64,000 bases of DNA, from NCBI GenBank assembly GCA_965238275.1, contig OZ250186.1, positions 928,001-992,000 on the forward strand, given 5' to 3'. This document shows positions 10,073 to 18,532 of the stretch, one piece after another; within the stretch, counting starts at the first letter, position 1; every line of letters starts with the position of its first letter. This stretch comes from Nitrosopumilus sp. Its GTDB lineage: Archaea; Thermoproteota; Nitrososphaeria; Nitrososphaerales; Nitrosopumilaceae. The notes below the pieces were generated by a model, which worked only from the letters and a program-made list of their open reading frames with translations, did not search any database and was not told where the DNA came from. Position numbers and translations under genes: made by a program.

Positions 10073-10196
10073 GGAGGAGTAATCAAGCCTGGCCAAAGTA
10101 AGTACTTGTACTTTTGGACATGCAGGACTTAAGATCAAATAATGGGTGATCCTGTTCCTAAGGGGTTCGCGGGTTCAAATCCCGCCTCCTCCACCA
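10073..10196 (+). tRNA. tRNA-Leu(TAA) with two introns (~10099-10119 in D arm; 10134-10148 at 37/38)
   Basis: Removing the 21-nt and 15-nt segments gives a canonical long-variable-arm tRNA ending CCACCA. Confidence 0.85.
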
Positions 10197-10583
10197 CTAC
10201 TCCGGATGTCTGACTCCTCTGGCGTTCAGGATCTCATAGACATCAGGCAGTGAGAATACAAATCCTACATGTACACAGTTCTTCTCCTCGCATAGGAAGC
10301 AGAACAGTTCTCCGTTCTGGATTGTGACCTCGACAATCCTGTTTTTGATGTTGTCCTTTAGTATTACGCGATCATCATCTATGCTGATCTTCTCGAGCTT
10401 TGGCGCGTACACTGCAAACGTCTTGTCCTTTTTCATTGCCTCCTCAAGCATGTATGTCACATAACCTGAAAAGCTGTTGACGCCCCTTGTCGCAAGGTCA
10501 TTTTTACTCTGCTCATAGACCTCTTGGAACCTGTCGTAGATGTTCTCCGAAACCGTTATTGATTTGAATCCTGCTTTTGGCAA
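10197..10583 (-). CDS. Hypothetical protein with RHH-like N-terminus and C-terminal Zn-binding motif
   Basis: KSITVSENIYDRF N-terminus; CxxC-x4-CxH motif. Confidence 0.75.
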   Translation of the reverse strand: MPKAGFKSITVSENIYDRFQEVYEQSKNDLATRGVNSFSGYVTYMLEEAMKKDKTFAVYAPKLEKISIDDDRVILKDNIKNRIVEVTIQNGELFCFLCEEKNCVHVGFVFSLPDVYEILNARGVRHPE

Positions 10584-10979
10584 TTTACTTTCCTGTTACT
10601 GTACATTAAAGTACGTGTGTATATAACCTTTTATTGATGCGGGGTGCCGGATCCACCCGTCATGGCATGGGCAGGATCAGTACATGTTTGACACACTGCA
10701 CGTGTGGGAAATCCGGTTGTAGGTGTGTCCTGGCAATGTGCCCTTTGTATGCAGATCCGGGCTTGTTCAACAAGTATCATATAAGCCAGCAGTGCCATGT
10801 AGTGTCATGGGTGTTATCCAGATTGCAAAAGGCAGGATTGGTCTTGCGTGCGCGCCGGATTCGGCCGGCCGGCCGGAGATTCTTGCAGGGGCCCGCCTTC
10901 TGCCTGACGGGATTGAATCCGAGACGGGGCAGGCTGCAGACGGGTTCATGCCGGGGTTCATCGCACATCCGGGATCGTT

Positions 10980-11504
10980 GTGGAAATGAACCTGCGAATC
11001 CCCGTCACCAAATTGGAACCGCTGCCCTTCAAGATAAAGACATTTGGCTACAACCGATACCGGATCGAACACCCAAAGGTCAGCGGCATCCTGAACCTTG
11101 GACACATTGTTACACGCGTCAGCAAGGTTCCGGACTCCATGATTCCAAATCAGCCCCTGCCTGACGGAATTGCCGTGGCAGTGGAATATCACCCGATTAT
11201 GTCATTTACCAACCAGGGTCACAAGAATGCCCCGTCGCAAAAGATGCCTACGCCGCAGGAACTTGGCACTTCAAAAAAGCAGGAACTTACAGGTTTTATC
11301 ATTGATGCAGAAAGCTACGAGCCCTGGAACGAATACGTGCTGGAGAAGCCGGTTCCAAGGCTGCTAAAGACGCGTACGGTGCTAGTCAAGATAGAATGGG
11401 TGGTTGACTGCTATGATCGCGTAGGGGATCCGGCACTCGTAGTCAAGCCAAACACAATCCATTCCATTTCAAACACGGACACGCCAGAATCCGGCATGCG
11501 CTAG
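10980..11504 (+). CDS. Hypothetical protein
   Basis: 174-aa ORF with protein-like composition; no motif recognised. Confidence 0.6.
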   Translation: MEMNLRIPVTKLEPLPFKIKTFGYNRYRIEHPKVSGILNLGHIVTRVSKVPDSMIPNQPLPDGIAVAVEYHPIMSFTNQGHKNAPSQKMPTPQELGTSKKQELTGFIIDAESYEPWNEYVLEKPVPRLLKTRTVLVKIEWVVDCYDRVGDPALVVKPNTIHSISNTDTPESGMR

Positions 11505-11724
11505 ATCAGCCATTCTGGTGATCATCCCTGTCAGATATCATGCACAGTTTGCAGCGCCGATGCATGCGTGGTCCATGTGGCATGTCACGGCCGATGCAAC
11601 AGGCTGGCTGACTTGGAGGCGCACGGTACGAAAAATTGCAACAGGCACTGTGGTGGGGGATGGGATAATCCACAGCACAACCGTGTAAAACTACTCTTTA
11701 TATCGTCTGCAACGCAGATGTATC

Positions 11725-12618
11725 ATGGCCCGCGGGTATGGCATGGATGAGATGCGGCAGAATCTTATCCGTATCATGGGCGACTCCAAGACCGAGATGT
11801 CCGGGGTGGAACTCTCCCGGAGGCTGGGGATCAGCAGAATCACCATGGCCAAATACCTTGCCCTCTTTGAGATCGGGGGGCTGCTCCGCAAGAGGGGCAT
11901 CGGCAACGTTACCCTGTGGTCGCTGGAGCCGGAGCAGGAATCCTTTGACTTTCCTGACGATTACTTCAAGGTGGCCCAAATGTATCTCAGGTTTCTGACT
12001 GGGAATTCAGAGGATCAGGCGTTTTCACTACTCCGAAACTGTATGGATTCAGGTGGCCTCATCCGCAGGCTTATCCTTGAAGTGATTATGCCCGCAGTTG
12101 ACTCGGTCCGGGTAATGTATGACGACGGCAGGATTGGAACCGCCGAACGCAGCCTACTTGAGACTGCAATATCCCGCTCCCTGCACATGCTAAGTCATGC
12201 ACAGCCTGCCGTTCAGCCAGAAAAAAACGTGGTCGTGATAGCAGCTGACTCACAAAGCAGACTGGTATCTGAGATTGCCTCTGCTGCGTACCGCTCCGAT
12301 GGCTGGAGGGTGTCCCATCTGGGGGACATGTCCATGGCGATCAACGTCCTTTTTGATCTCGACTTTCAAAAGCTGATCCGAAAGGTGTGGAGACAGAAGC
12401 CAGGAATTCTGATCGTGGCGGTATTTTCGCACAGCATAGAGGGGTTCAGTTTTTTTGCAGACTCTGTAAAACAGATCCGGTCAAAGTCGGGAAGACGCAT
12501 AAAGCTGGTTCTCTGCGGCAGCCTCTCGGACAGATTCGGACATGAATCCGATCTGCTGACTGAAAGGGTGGAGGACGTACTGCAGTGGTCCGAAACTGTA
12601 TCTGGGAATCTCAAGTAG
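11725..12618 (+). CDS. HTH transcriptional regulator with B12-binding-like domain
   Basis: N-terminal wHTH (SGVELSRRLGISRITMAKYL); cap and Rossmann-like segment (VIMPAVDSV, GWRVSHLGDM). Confidence 0.75.
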   Translation: MARGYGMDEMRQNLIRIMGDSKTEMSGVELSRRLGISRITMAKYLALFEIGGLLRKRGIGNVTLWSLEPEQESFDFPDDYFKVAQMYLRFLTGNSEDQAFSLLRNCMDSGGLIRRLILEVIMPAVDSVRVMYDDGRIGTAERSLLETAISRSLHMLSHAQPAVQPEKNVVVIAADSQSRLVSEIASAAYRSDGWRVSHLGDMSMAINVLFDLDFQKLIRKVWRQKPGILIVAVFSHSIEGFSFFADSVKQIRSKSGRRIKLVLCGSLSDRFGHESDLLTERVEDVLQWSETVSGNLK

Positions 12619-12622
12619 GGGA

Positions 12623-12697
12623 TGGGCCCGATGAGATTCGAACTCATGACCTTTCGATTATCAGTCGAACGCTCCAGCCAAGCTGAGCTACGAGCCC
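12623..12697 (-). tRNA. tRNA-Ile(GAT)
   Basis: Cloverleaf GGGCTCG...CGGGCCC, anticodon loop CTGATAA. Confidence 0.93.
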
Positions 12698-12798
12698 ACT
12701 AGAAATTTTTCTGGTTGGAGCCATTTAAGTTTAATTTATGGTTTGGATGTAGTGAATCCCGACATGGCGGGTCAGGACTTGTACGGCTTACCGGACGG

Positions 12799-13338
12799 CT
12801 ATTCCTTCCACTTGATCGAGCATCCGATTGACGGATCAAAATCCTTCTCAATACTCTTGCCCTCAAGCAGCCTCTTGATGTTGTTTATCATCGTCTTTTC
12901 AGTGGCCGCGTCCCCAGGGCTCATGGCATTGTCGATTCTTCCGTGAAAGACAAGCCTCTTTTGATCATCAAACAGGAACGGATCCGGCGTGCACATTGCA
13001 CCGTACCTTCTGGCAGTCTCCTGCGACTCGTCGATCAGGTAGTCAAATCCAAATCCCTTCTCTTTTGCAGTCTGTTTCATTGCCTCAAAGCTGTCTTCTG
13101 GATAATTGGCTGAATCGTTGCTGTTGATTCCCACTATCGCAACACTGTCTCCAAATTTTTCATACAGCTCGTTTAATGCGTCTGCCTTGGCCTTTACATA
13201 CGGACAGTGGTTGCACATGAAGATGACCAGTATTCCCCTGTATCTGCCATAGTCCCCAAGCGCATGCACCCTGTCGTCAATTCCGGGCAGTTCAAAGTCC
13301 GGCGCCGTATCGCCTGCCTTGAGCTTGATCTGTACCAG
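12799..13338 (-). CDS. Thioredoxin-fold (AhpC/TSA-like) redoxin; native start apparently lost
   Basis: APDFELPG, FMCNHCPYV, GINSND, YGAMCTPD, SIGCSIKW; no ATG/GTG/TTG near the expected start. Confidence 0.8.
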   Translation of the reverse strand: MVQIKLKAGDTAPDFELPGIDDRVHALGDYGRYRGILVIFMCNHCPYVKAKADALNELYEKFGDSVAIVGINSNDSANYPEDSFEAMKQTAKEKGFGFDYLIDESQETARRYGAMCTPDPFLFDDQKRLVFHGRIDNAMSPGDAATEKTMINNIKRLLEGKSIEKDFDPSIGCSIKWKE

Positions 13339-13361
13339 ATCGCCCGTGCGTGTTCTGCCGG

Positions 13362-13831
13362 CTACGTCAAGTCCTGCATCATCTGCGGCACCTGAATGAT
13401 CCTGCAGATGCGCGTCCTGGTGCACGGCAGGGATCCTGCACTGCCGCCTGTCAGCACACTCACGGTTCTCCAAGGGAGGCACGACACACAACAATTAAAA
13501 TCAGTGCCGGGACTACTTCTTGCGTGGGCCGGTAGTATACCTGGTAGTATACCCGCCTTGCACGCGGGGGGTCACGGATTCAAATTCCGTCCGGTGTTTC
13601 CTAATTCTGCCGATACTCGTCTACGCCAAGTCCTGCATGCACATCTGCGGCGACGGCCTGAAGCTGACCTTTCGTATATCTGCAGATGCGCGTCCTGGTG
13701 GCAACGGACCACCGGTCGGGACTCCTGCACTGCCGCCTGTCAGCACACTCACGGTTCTCGGGGCATGCACCCGTTCGGGAGGCACGAATCACACAACAAT
13801 TAAAATCAGTGCCGGGACTACTTCTTGCGTG
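13362..13831 (+). repeat. Imperfect direct repeat (~13362-13526 and ~13621-13831) flanking tRNA-Ala
   Basis: Shared blocks CTGCAGATGCGCGTCCTGGTG, CCTGCACTGCCGCCTGTCAGCACACTCACGGTTCTC, ACAACAATTAAAATCAGTGCCGGGACTACTTCTTGCGTG; first copy has many small deletions. Confidence 0.85.
13526..13595 (+). tRNA. tRNA-Ala(TGC), 3'-truncated/pseudo
   Basis: GGGCCGG acceptor, CCCGC-CTTGCAC-GCGGG anticodon arm, T arm intact; last acceptor bases replaced by IS-TIR-like GTTTCCTAATT. Confidence 0.7.
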
Positions 13832-14363
13832 TTATGGCCGGCGTAGATCTTTTTGGTTTTGGCAAATCAAAAAAATCCCAAACGTGCAGCTTTATGAAGC
13901 CCCGCCTGGTCCCCCACTTTTCTGTCATCCAGTCGCCGCGGTTTGTGGGCTTGAGTCCAGTGGAGTCGAAGGCAAACAGCTTGATCTCGGCCCGGGTGCC
14001 GCCGTCTGAGAACCACGCAGAAGCCGTGGCTACCATCATCATTGTCTGCAACAGTGCAGCCAAGCTTGGCCATCCTCTTCTGGAACGCCGAGTACGTGGG
14101 CGCGTTTTCCTTGCCGACTATCGTCTCTGCCAGACCCTGGAGCTGCCTGTACCACGGTGGCGTTTTTGGGGATGCTGTGCAAAGCACGCGTTTGAAAATA
14201 CGTACGGGCGGCCTACCTTCCCGCAATTCCGTCCTGGAGGTCACAACCATCATCGTACTCCAGCCTCACCTGGAGAGGATGTGGCAGGATTCAATCCTTT
14301 TGGATGGATTTAAATAGGCCTAATACCTGCTGGGTGTGACTGGCGTAATTAGGAAACAGAGTT
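13832..14363 (-). pseudogene. Decayed copy of the IS at 5697-7050
   Basis: Near-identical blocks to ~6335-7050 with deletions/frameshifts; ends in the same TIR TAATTAGGAAACAGAGTT (14346-14363). Confidence 0.9.
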
Positions 14364-14407
14364 CTCCTTTTGGATGGATTTAAATAGGATAAGTTTCAGT
14401 TCTCTTC

Positions 14408-14509
14408 ATGGCAAGTGTAGCAGATGGATGGCCTGTATTCATTCCAATGATCGTAGGTTTGGCACCAGGACTGATTTACTGGCTGGCAATTACCGCAAGG
14501 AGAAAATAA
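14408..14509 (+). CDS. 33-aa single-TM microprotein (MASVADGWPVFIPMIVGLAPGLIYWLAITARRK)
   Basis: Below the ORF-track cutoff; TTTAAATA box 29 bp upstream, T-rich terminator, TM helix plus basic tail. Confidence 0.7.
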   Translation: MASVADGWPVFIPMIVGLAPGLIYWLAITARRK

Positions 14510-14735
14510 TCTCTTTATTTTTAATCTCTTTTTAGTGCGCCCTTATCGGATAGATTGCCCCATTCCGGCACGTGCATGCATCGGATGCAGGAGATCGCAG
14601 GTATTCCCTCATGGCATGTCAGTTGTGGCATGTCGTCCTGGGGCATGATCCCTGTGTTTGGTTAAACGTTGTTACCTTTCTTGTTCATTATATCATACGC
14701 TGTACAACATTAATCACTATCTCCAACAACATTTG

Positions 14736-15788
14736 ATGCGTGGAGCTGTTCTTGGCATATCCCTAATCCTGATGCTGGTTCCATTCTCAGATGGATTCTC
14801 TCAGGACTCCTCTACGCAGCTTGGCCAATCCCTGAATGCCCCTGTTCCGTTTGTCTATCAGGACGCTGAAGGGTTTACCGTCGTAGTCGGAGTTGTTGAA
14901 AACATCAACCAGATGTCCGCCGTTGCCGACGTCTTCATTTACGTAACCTTTTATGGTGATGCCGGTCAGGAACCGCTGGAATATGCCTCTGGGGGAACCA
15001 CGCTTGATGTGATTCCGTCCGGGGGGAACTCTACGTTTGTCATACGTTCTGAAACCCCAAACCCTGAGATAACAGATGCGTCCGTACGTCTTTTGAGCTT
15101 TGATCTTGCAACAGAGAAACCAAACAGCCTGACCGTATACTCTACCAATGTCGTATTTGACAACACATTCCGGTTCTCCGGCGTTCTGCAAAACGGTGCT
15201 GCACCAACTTCTGAGAACCGGGTTCATTTTGCCTTTTACGATGCCTTTGAACCCTCACGGATACTTTCCGTCTCGACTGTGAACTTGGGTAATGTGGAAC
15301 CCAACGCCGAGGTGGCCGTTGAGTTTGAGGGTGTGATAGATTCCAAAGCGGTCGGTTTTTCACTGTTTGCCGAATCTGACACATTTCGTTCCGACATCGT
15401 TGATGTAAAGATCCCTCCACAACAGCTTTTGACAAAGCTTGCCACAATACGCGACATCTCGGCAACAAACGATTCAGGCGCAAGGGTCTCTGAGATTAAT
15501 GCCGGCTCCACTGTGACCATCAGCAGTTCAGTTGGGATTCAATATGTGGATGATCAGGACGTCCAGACGCCATACAAGTACTATGTCCAGGTAAAGGAAT
15601 CCGGAAGTTCTCCGGCCGTGGTATTTCTTGGGGTGCACGAGGGGGTGTTTGACGGCACGGCACAGTCCCCAAGCGTGGACTGGACTCCGGAAGAGCCGGG
15701 CCTGTTCCTCATTGAGACGTTTTTGTGGGATGAAAACAACGTACCGATCACCGACAATGGGCCGATCGCCCTGTTTGTTGTAATCTAA
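14736..15788 (+). CDS. Secreted beta-sandwich (FxLYD-like) surface protein
   Basis: Signal peptide; VVVGVVEN...VTFY and GVLQN...FAFYD repeats; acidic composition. Confidence 0.7.
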   Translation: MRGAVLGISLILMLVPFSDGFSQDSSTQLGQSLNAPVPFVYQDAEGFTVVVGVVENINQMSAVADVFIYVTFYGDAGQEPLEYASGGTTLDVIPSGGNSTFVIRSETPNPEITDASVRLLSFDLATEKPNSLTVYSTNVVFDNTFRFSGVLQNGAAPTSENRVHFAFYDAFEPSRILSVSTVNLGNVEPNAEVAVEFEGVIDSKAVGFSLFAESDTFRSDIVDVKIPPQQLLTKLATIRDISATNDSGARVSEINAGSTVTISSSVGIQYVDDQDVQTPYKYYVQVKESGSSPAVVFLGVHEGVFDGTAQSPSVDWTPEEPGLFLIETFLWDENNVPITDNGPIALFVVI

Positions 15789-15940
15789 CACTACTTCATG
15801 ATGCTCAAAACTTGCTGCATATCCTGAATTATATGCAGCCTTTCTGAACGCAGGCATGCAGCTGTCCCATCATGCCGGAATGAACAGGAGGCAGCCCTAC
15901 AAAGTGGTATGTTTATCTTCTGATGGCATGATGTTTCTGT

Positions 15941-16405
15941 ATGCTCAGGTTTTCCCTTGTTGCCACAGGCGGCACGTTTGATATAATCCACAGGGGACAT
16001 CTTGTCCTGCTTGGAACCGCGTTTGACATATCTGAAAAGGTGCTCATAGGACTGACAAGTGACGAGTTTGCAGCCAGGCTGGGAAAGACGACTGCCAACA
16101 AGTATGGCCAGAGGCTTGACAACCTGCGTGCTGCCATCTCAAGGGAGTTTCCAGACAGATCCTATACCATCGCAAGGCTGGATAATGATTTTGGACCTGC
16201 AGTTTTGGAGGAGACGGTCAAGGCTCTGGTGGTCAGCGAGGAGACTTGCAGGCAGGGCAGCGTACTTAATCATCTGAGATCCAAAAGGGGGGTACCGCCT
16301 GTCCAGATCATAACGGTTCCCATGTATCCGGCAAAAGATGGCACACGGATATCCACTACCAGAATCAAAAACTCCGAGATTGATGCTGATGGGGACTTTG
16401 TTTGA
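15941..16405 (+). CDS. coaD: Phosphopantetheine adenylyltransferase
   Basis: GGTFDIIHRGH, LVVSEET, RISTTRI. Confidence 0.9.
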   Translation: MLRFSLVATGGTFDIIHRGHLVLLGTAFDISEKVLIGLTSDEFAARLGKTTANKYGQRLDNLRAAISREFPDRSYTIARLDNDFGPAVLEETVKALVVSEETCRQGSVLNHLRSKRGVPPVQIITVPMYPAKDGTRISTTRIKNSEIDADGDFV

Positions 16406-16464
16406 CAAGCAGCTTGCCGAACTTTGAGCATTCCTGATAAAAGGCAACTACAGGATCCTACAGG

Positions 16465-16794
16465 GTGGCAATCATCAAGCACATGGTAAGGCAGATCAAC
16501 TCTGACATATCCTGTCTCAAACAGGGACTGCACCCGGAGAGCCTGTCGTTCTGGTATGACCGGATAATCCAGGAGACCATTGAGATGGCACCTCCATGGC
16601 TTCAGGACAAGATCAAGGTTCATCAGGATCCAATCCTTACGCTGAAGTTCAATCTGGACATATCAAAGCGTGCTGTCAGATATTTCATGATTGCAGTGGA
16701 CAACAACCTTGACGACATGCCGTATTCTACCAGGCTGTATTTTCTCAAGGTACAGGAGATACTGGCAACTGAGATGGACAAATCGTTTGTATGA
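16465..16794 (+). CDS. Conserved hypothetical protein
   Basis: 109-aa ORF co-oriented with coaD. Confidence 0.7.
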   Translation: MAIIKHMVRQINSDISCLKQGLHPESLSFWYDRIIQETIEMAPPWLQDKIKVHQDPILTLKFNLDISKRAVRYFMIAVDNNLDDMPYSTRLYFLKVQEILATEMDKSFV

Positions 16795-16856
16795 TGTCAT
16801 GTGCAAGAACATGCCCAACCTCTAACTATCTATATCCGGTTGCAATTCAATAGGGC

Positions 16857-18017
16857 ATGGATCTCTACAGACCTGCGCGCTCAAAAAAGAGATCAGATGG
16901 TCGCAGGCGATCCGACGACGCATCCCGTTCCTTTAGAAACTCCAGAGAACATCCCGCGCCTGCAAGGGCAGACGTAAGGTGTGCCGACTGCAACACCATG
17001 TTTGAGCCTCCGTTTGTTCCAAGGGACGGCAGACCGGTCTACTGTAGCAGGTGCTTCAGGAATCACAGGCAGGATGATGGTATCCATTCCACAGGAGACA
17101 GACGACCCGGACGCTACGAAGGTGACCGTCGCCCCACAGGAGACAGACGACCCGGACGCTACGAAGGTGACCGTCGCCCCACAGGAGACAGACGACCCGG
17201 ACGCTACGAAGGCGATAGGCGATCCGACGGCGCATCCCGTTCCTTTAGAAACTCCAGCGAACGTCCCGCGCCTGCAAGGGCAGACGTAAGGTGTGCCGAC
17301 TGCAACACCATGTTTGAGCCTCCGTTTGTTCCAAGGGACGGCAGACCGGTCTACTGTAGCAGGTGCTTCAGGAATCACAGGCAGGATGATGGTATCCATT
17401 CCACAGGAGACAGACGACCCGGACGCTACGAAGGTGACCGTCGCCCCACAGGAGACAGACGACCCGGACGCTACGAAGGTGACCGTCGCCCCACAGGAGA
17501 CAGACGACCCGGACGCTACGAAGGTGACCGTCGCCCCACAGGAGACAGACGACCCGGACGCTACGAAGGTGACCGTCGCCCCACAGGAGACAGACGACCC
17601 GGACGCTACGAAGGTGACCGTCGCCCCACAGGAGACCGAAAACAGGAACGTTATGAGACTGGTGACTCCCGGGAATCAAGACCAGAACAGGCCTCACACA
17701 CTGACGAGCCTGCCGGATTCTATGATTCGCTAAGGGAGAAATTATTTACAATTCTGGGCGGGAAAGTATGTTCCGGCTGCGGATACAAGGATGAGAGGGC
17801 TCTGGGATTCAGTCATGTGCATGGCGAAATATCGTTTGATAAAATCAGACGTGGCGGTACTGCATCCTCGTGGGAAAAATACGTCACGGATCCTGATGCT
17901 GCCCAGAAGGAGTTGAAGGTCCTGTGTCTAAACTGCAATGAGATTAGGCAGCCTATAGCACGGTCAAAAAACGACAGACCAAACACTGACCAAAAGATCA
18001 GGCGATTTCCCAGGTGA
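16857..18017 (+). CDS. CxxC-x17-CxxC zinc-binding protein with RGD/RD-rich repeats
   Basis: Two CADC...PFVPRDGRPVYCSRC domains; C-terminal CSGC...CLNCN domain. Confidence 0.85.
   Translation: MDLYRPARSKKRSDGRRRSDDASRSFRNSREHPAPARADVRCADCNTMFEPPFVPRDGRPVYCSRCFRNHRQDDGIHSTGDRRPGRYEGDRRPTGDRRPGRYEGDRRPTGDRRPGRYEGDRRSDGASRSFRNSSERPAPARADVRCADCNTMFEPPFVPRDGRPVYCSRCFRNHRQDDGIHSTGDRRPGRYEGDRRPTGDRRPGRYEGDRRPTGDRRPGRYEGDRRPTGDRRPGRYEGDRRPTGDRRPGRYEGDRRPTGDRKQERYETGDSRESRPEQASHTDEPAGFYDSLREKLFTILGGKVCSGCGYKDERALGFSHVHGEISFDKIRRGGTASSWEKYVTDPDAAQKELKVLCLNCNEIRQPIARSKNDRPNTDQKIRRFPR
16905..17637 (+). repeat. 312-bp tandem duplication containing 45-bp coding tandem repeats
   Basis: Unit CCACAGGAGACAGACGACCCGGACGCTACGAAGGTGACCGTCGCC (PTGDRRPGRYEGDRR); ~3 copies from 17089 and ~5 from 17401. 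Confidence 0.95.
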
Positions 18018-18166
18018 CACACCGGATCAGGTTAACCGGTACAGTATGATATTTCAATCTGGTATGATCTACAGGGTTCATCCTCTTTCACAATCAGTCT
18101 GGCTCACAATACGCGAGCAAGGGGCTTCCATTAACACTTTAATTATAATGATCATCAAATCAAAAC

Positions 18167-18250
18167 ATGAACCAAGACTTTTCGGCCCTGGGTTTTTCTC
18201 TGGTTGCCATGGTGGTAGTCACAGGCATCTATGCACTGTTCTTCCGATAG
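18167..18250 (+). CDS. 27-aa single-TM microprotein (MNQDFSALGFSLVAMVVVTGIYALFFR)
   Basis: TTTAATTA box ~29 bp upstream; hydrophobic helix; stop abuts the convergent gene. Confidence 0.5.
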   Translation: MNQDFSALGFSLVAMVVVTGIYALFFR

Positions 18251-18532
18251 TCACTCCTTGGTGATCTCTACGCAGTTCCCTAGGACCTTGGCCGAGATCA
18301 GTCTGTGTTCCCCGTCCATCACTGACTGCATAAAGTCTGCAAACCTCTCCACATCTGTGGCAGAATCAAGCAGTATGCTGTGGGCCGACTTGTCCTTGAG
18401 GGATATGACCAGCTCGTTGTCTATAACGTTGAGAATTCCTGCAATGTATGTCTCCCCTACATCCCTGATGAAGATCAGACTTGCCAGTTTCTGGGCCTCG
18501 TATTTGTCACTACACGGGATGCTGATTCTCAT
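18251..18532 (-). CDS. Conserved hypothetical protein
   Basis: 93 aa, overlaps the trpS stop (operon coupling). Confidence 0.75.
   Translation of the reverse strand: MRISIPCSDKYEAQKLASLIFIRDVGETYIAGILNVIDNELVISLKDKSAHSILLDSATDVERFADFMQSVMDGEHRLISAKVLGNCVEITKE

Noticed and set aside
17089-17637. 45-bp tandem repeats as a CRISPR array
   Set aside because: Head-to-tail with no spacers, in frame within a CDS, no cas genes
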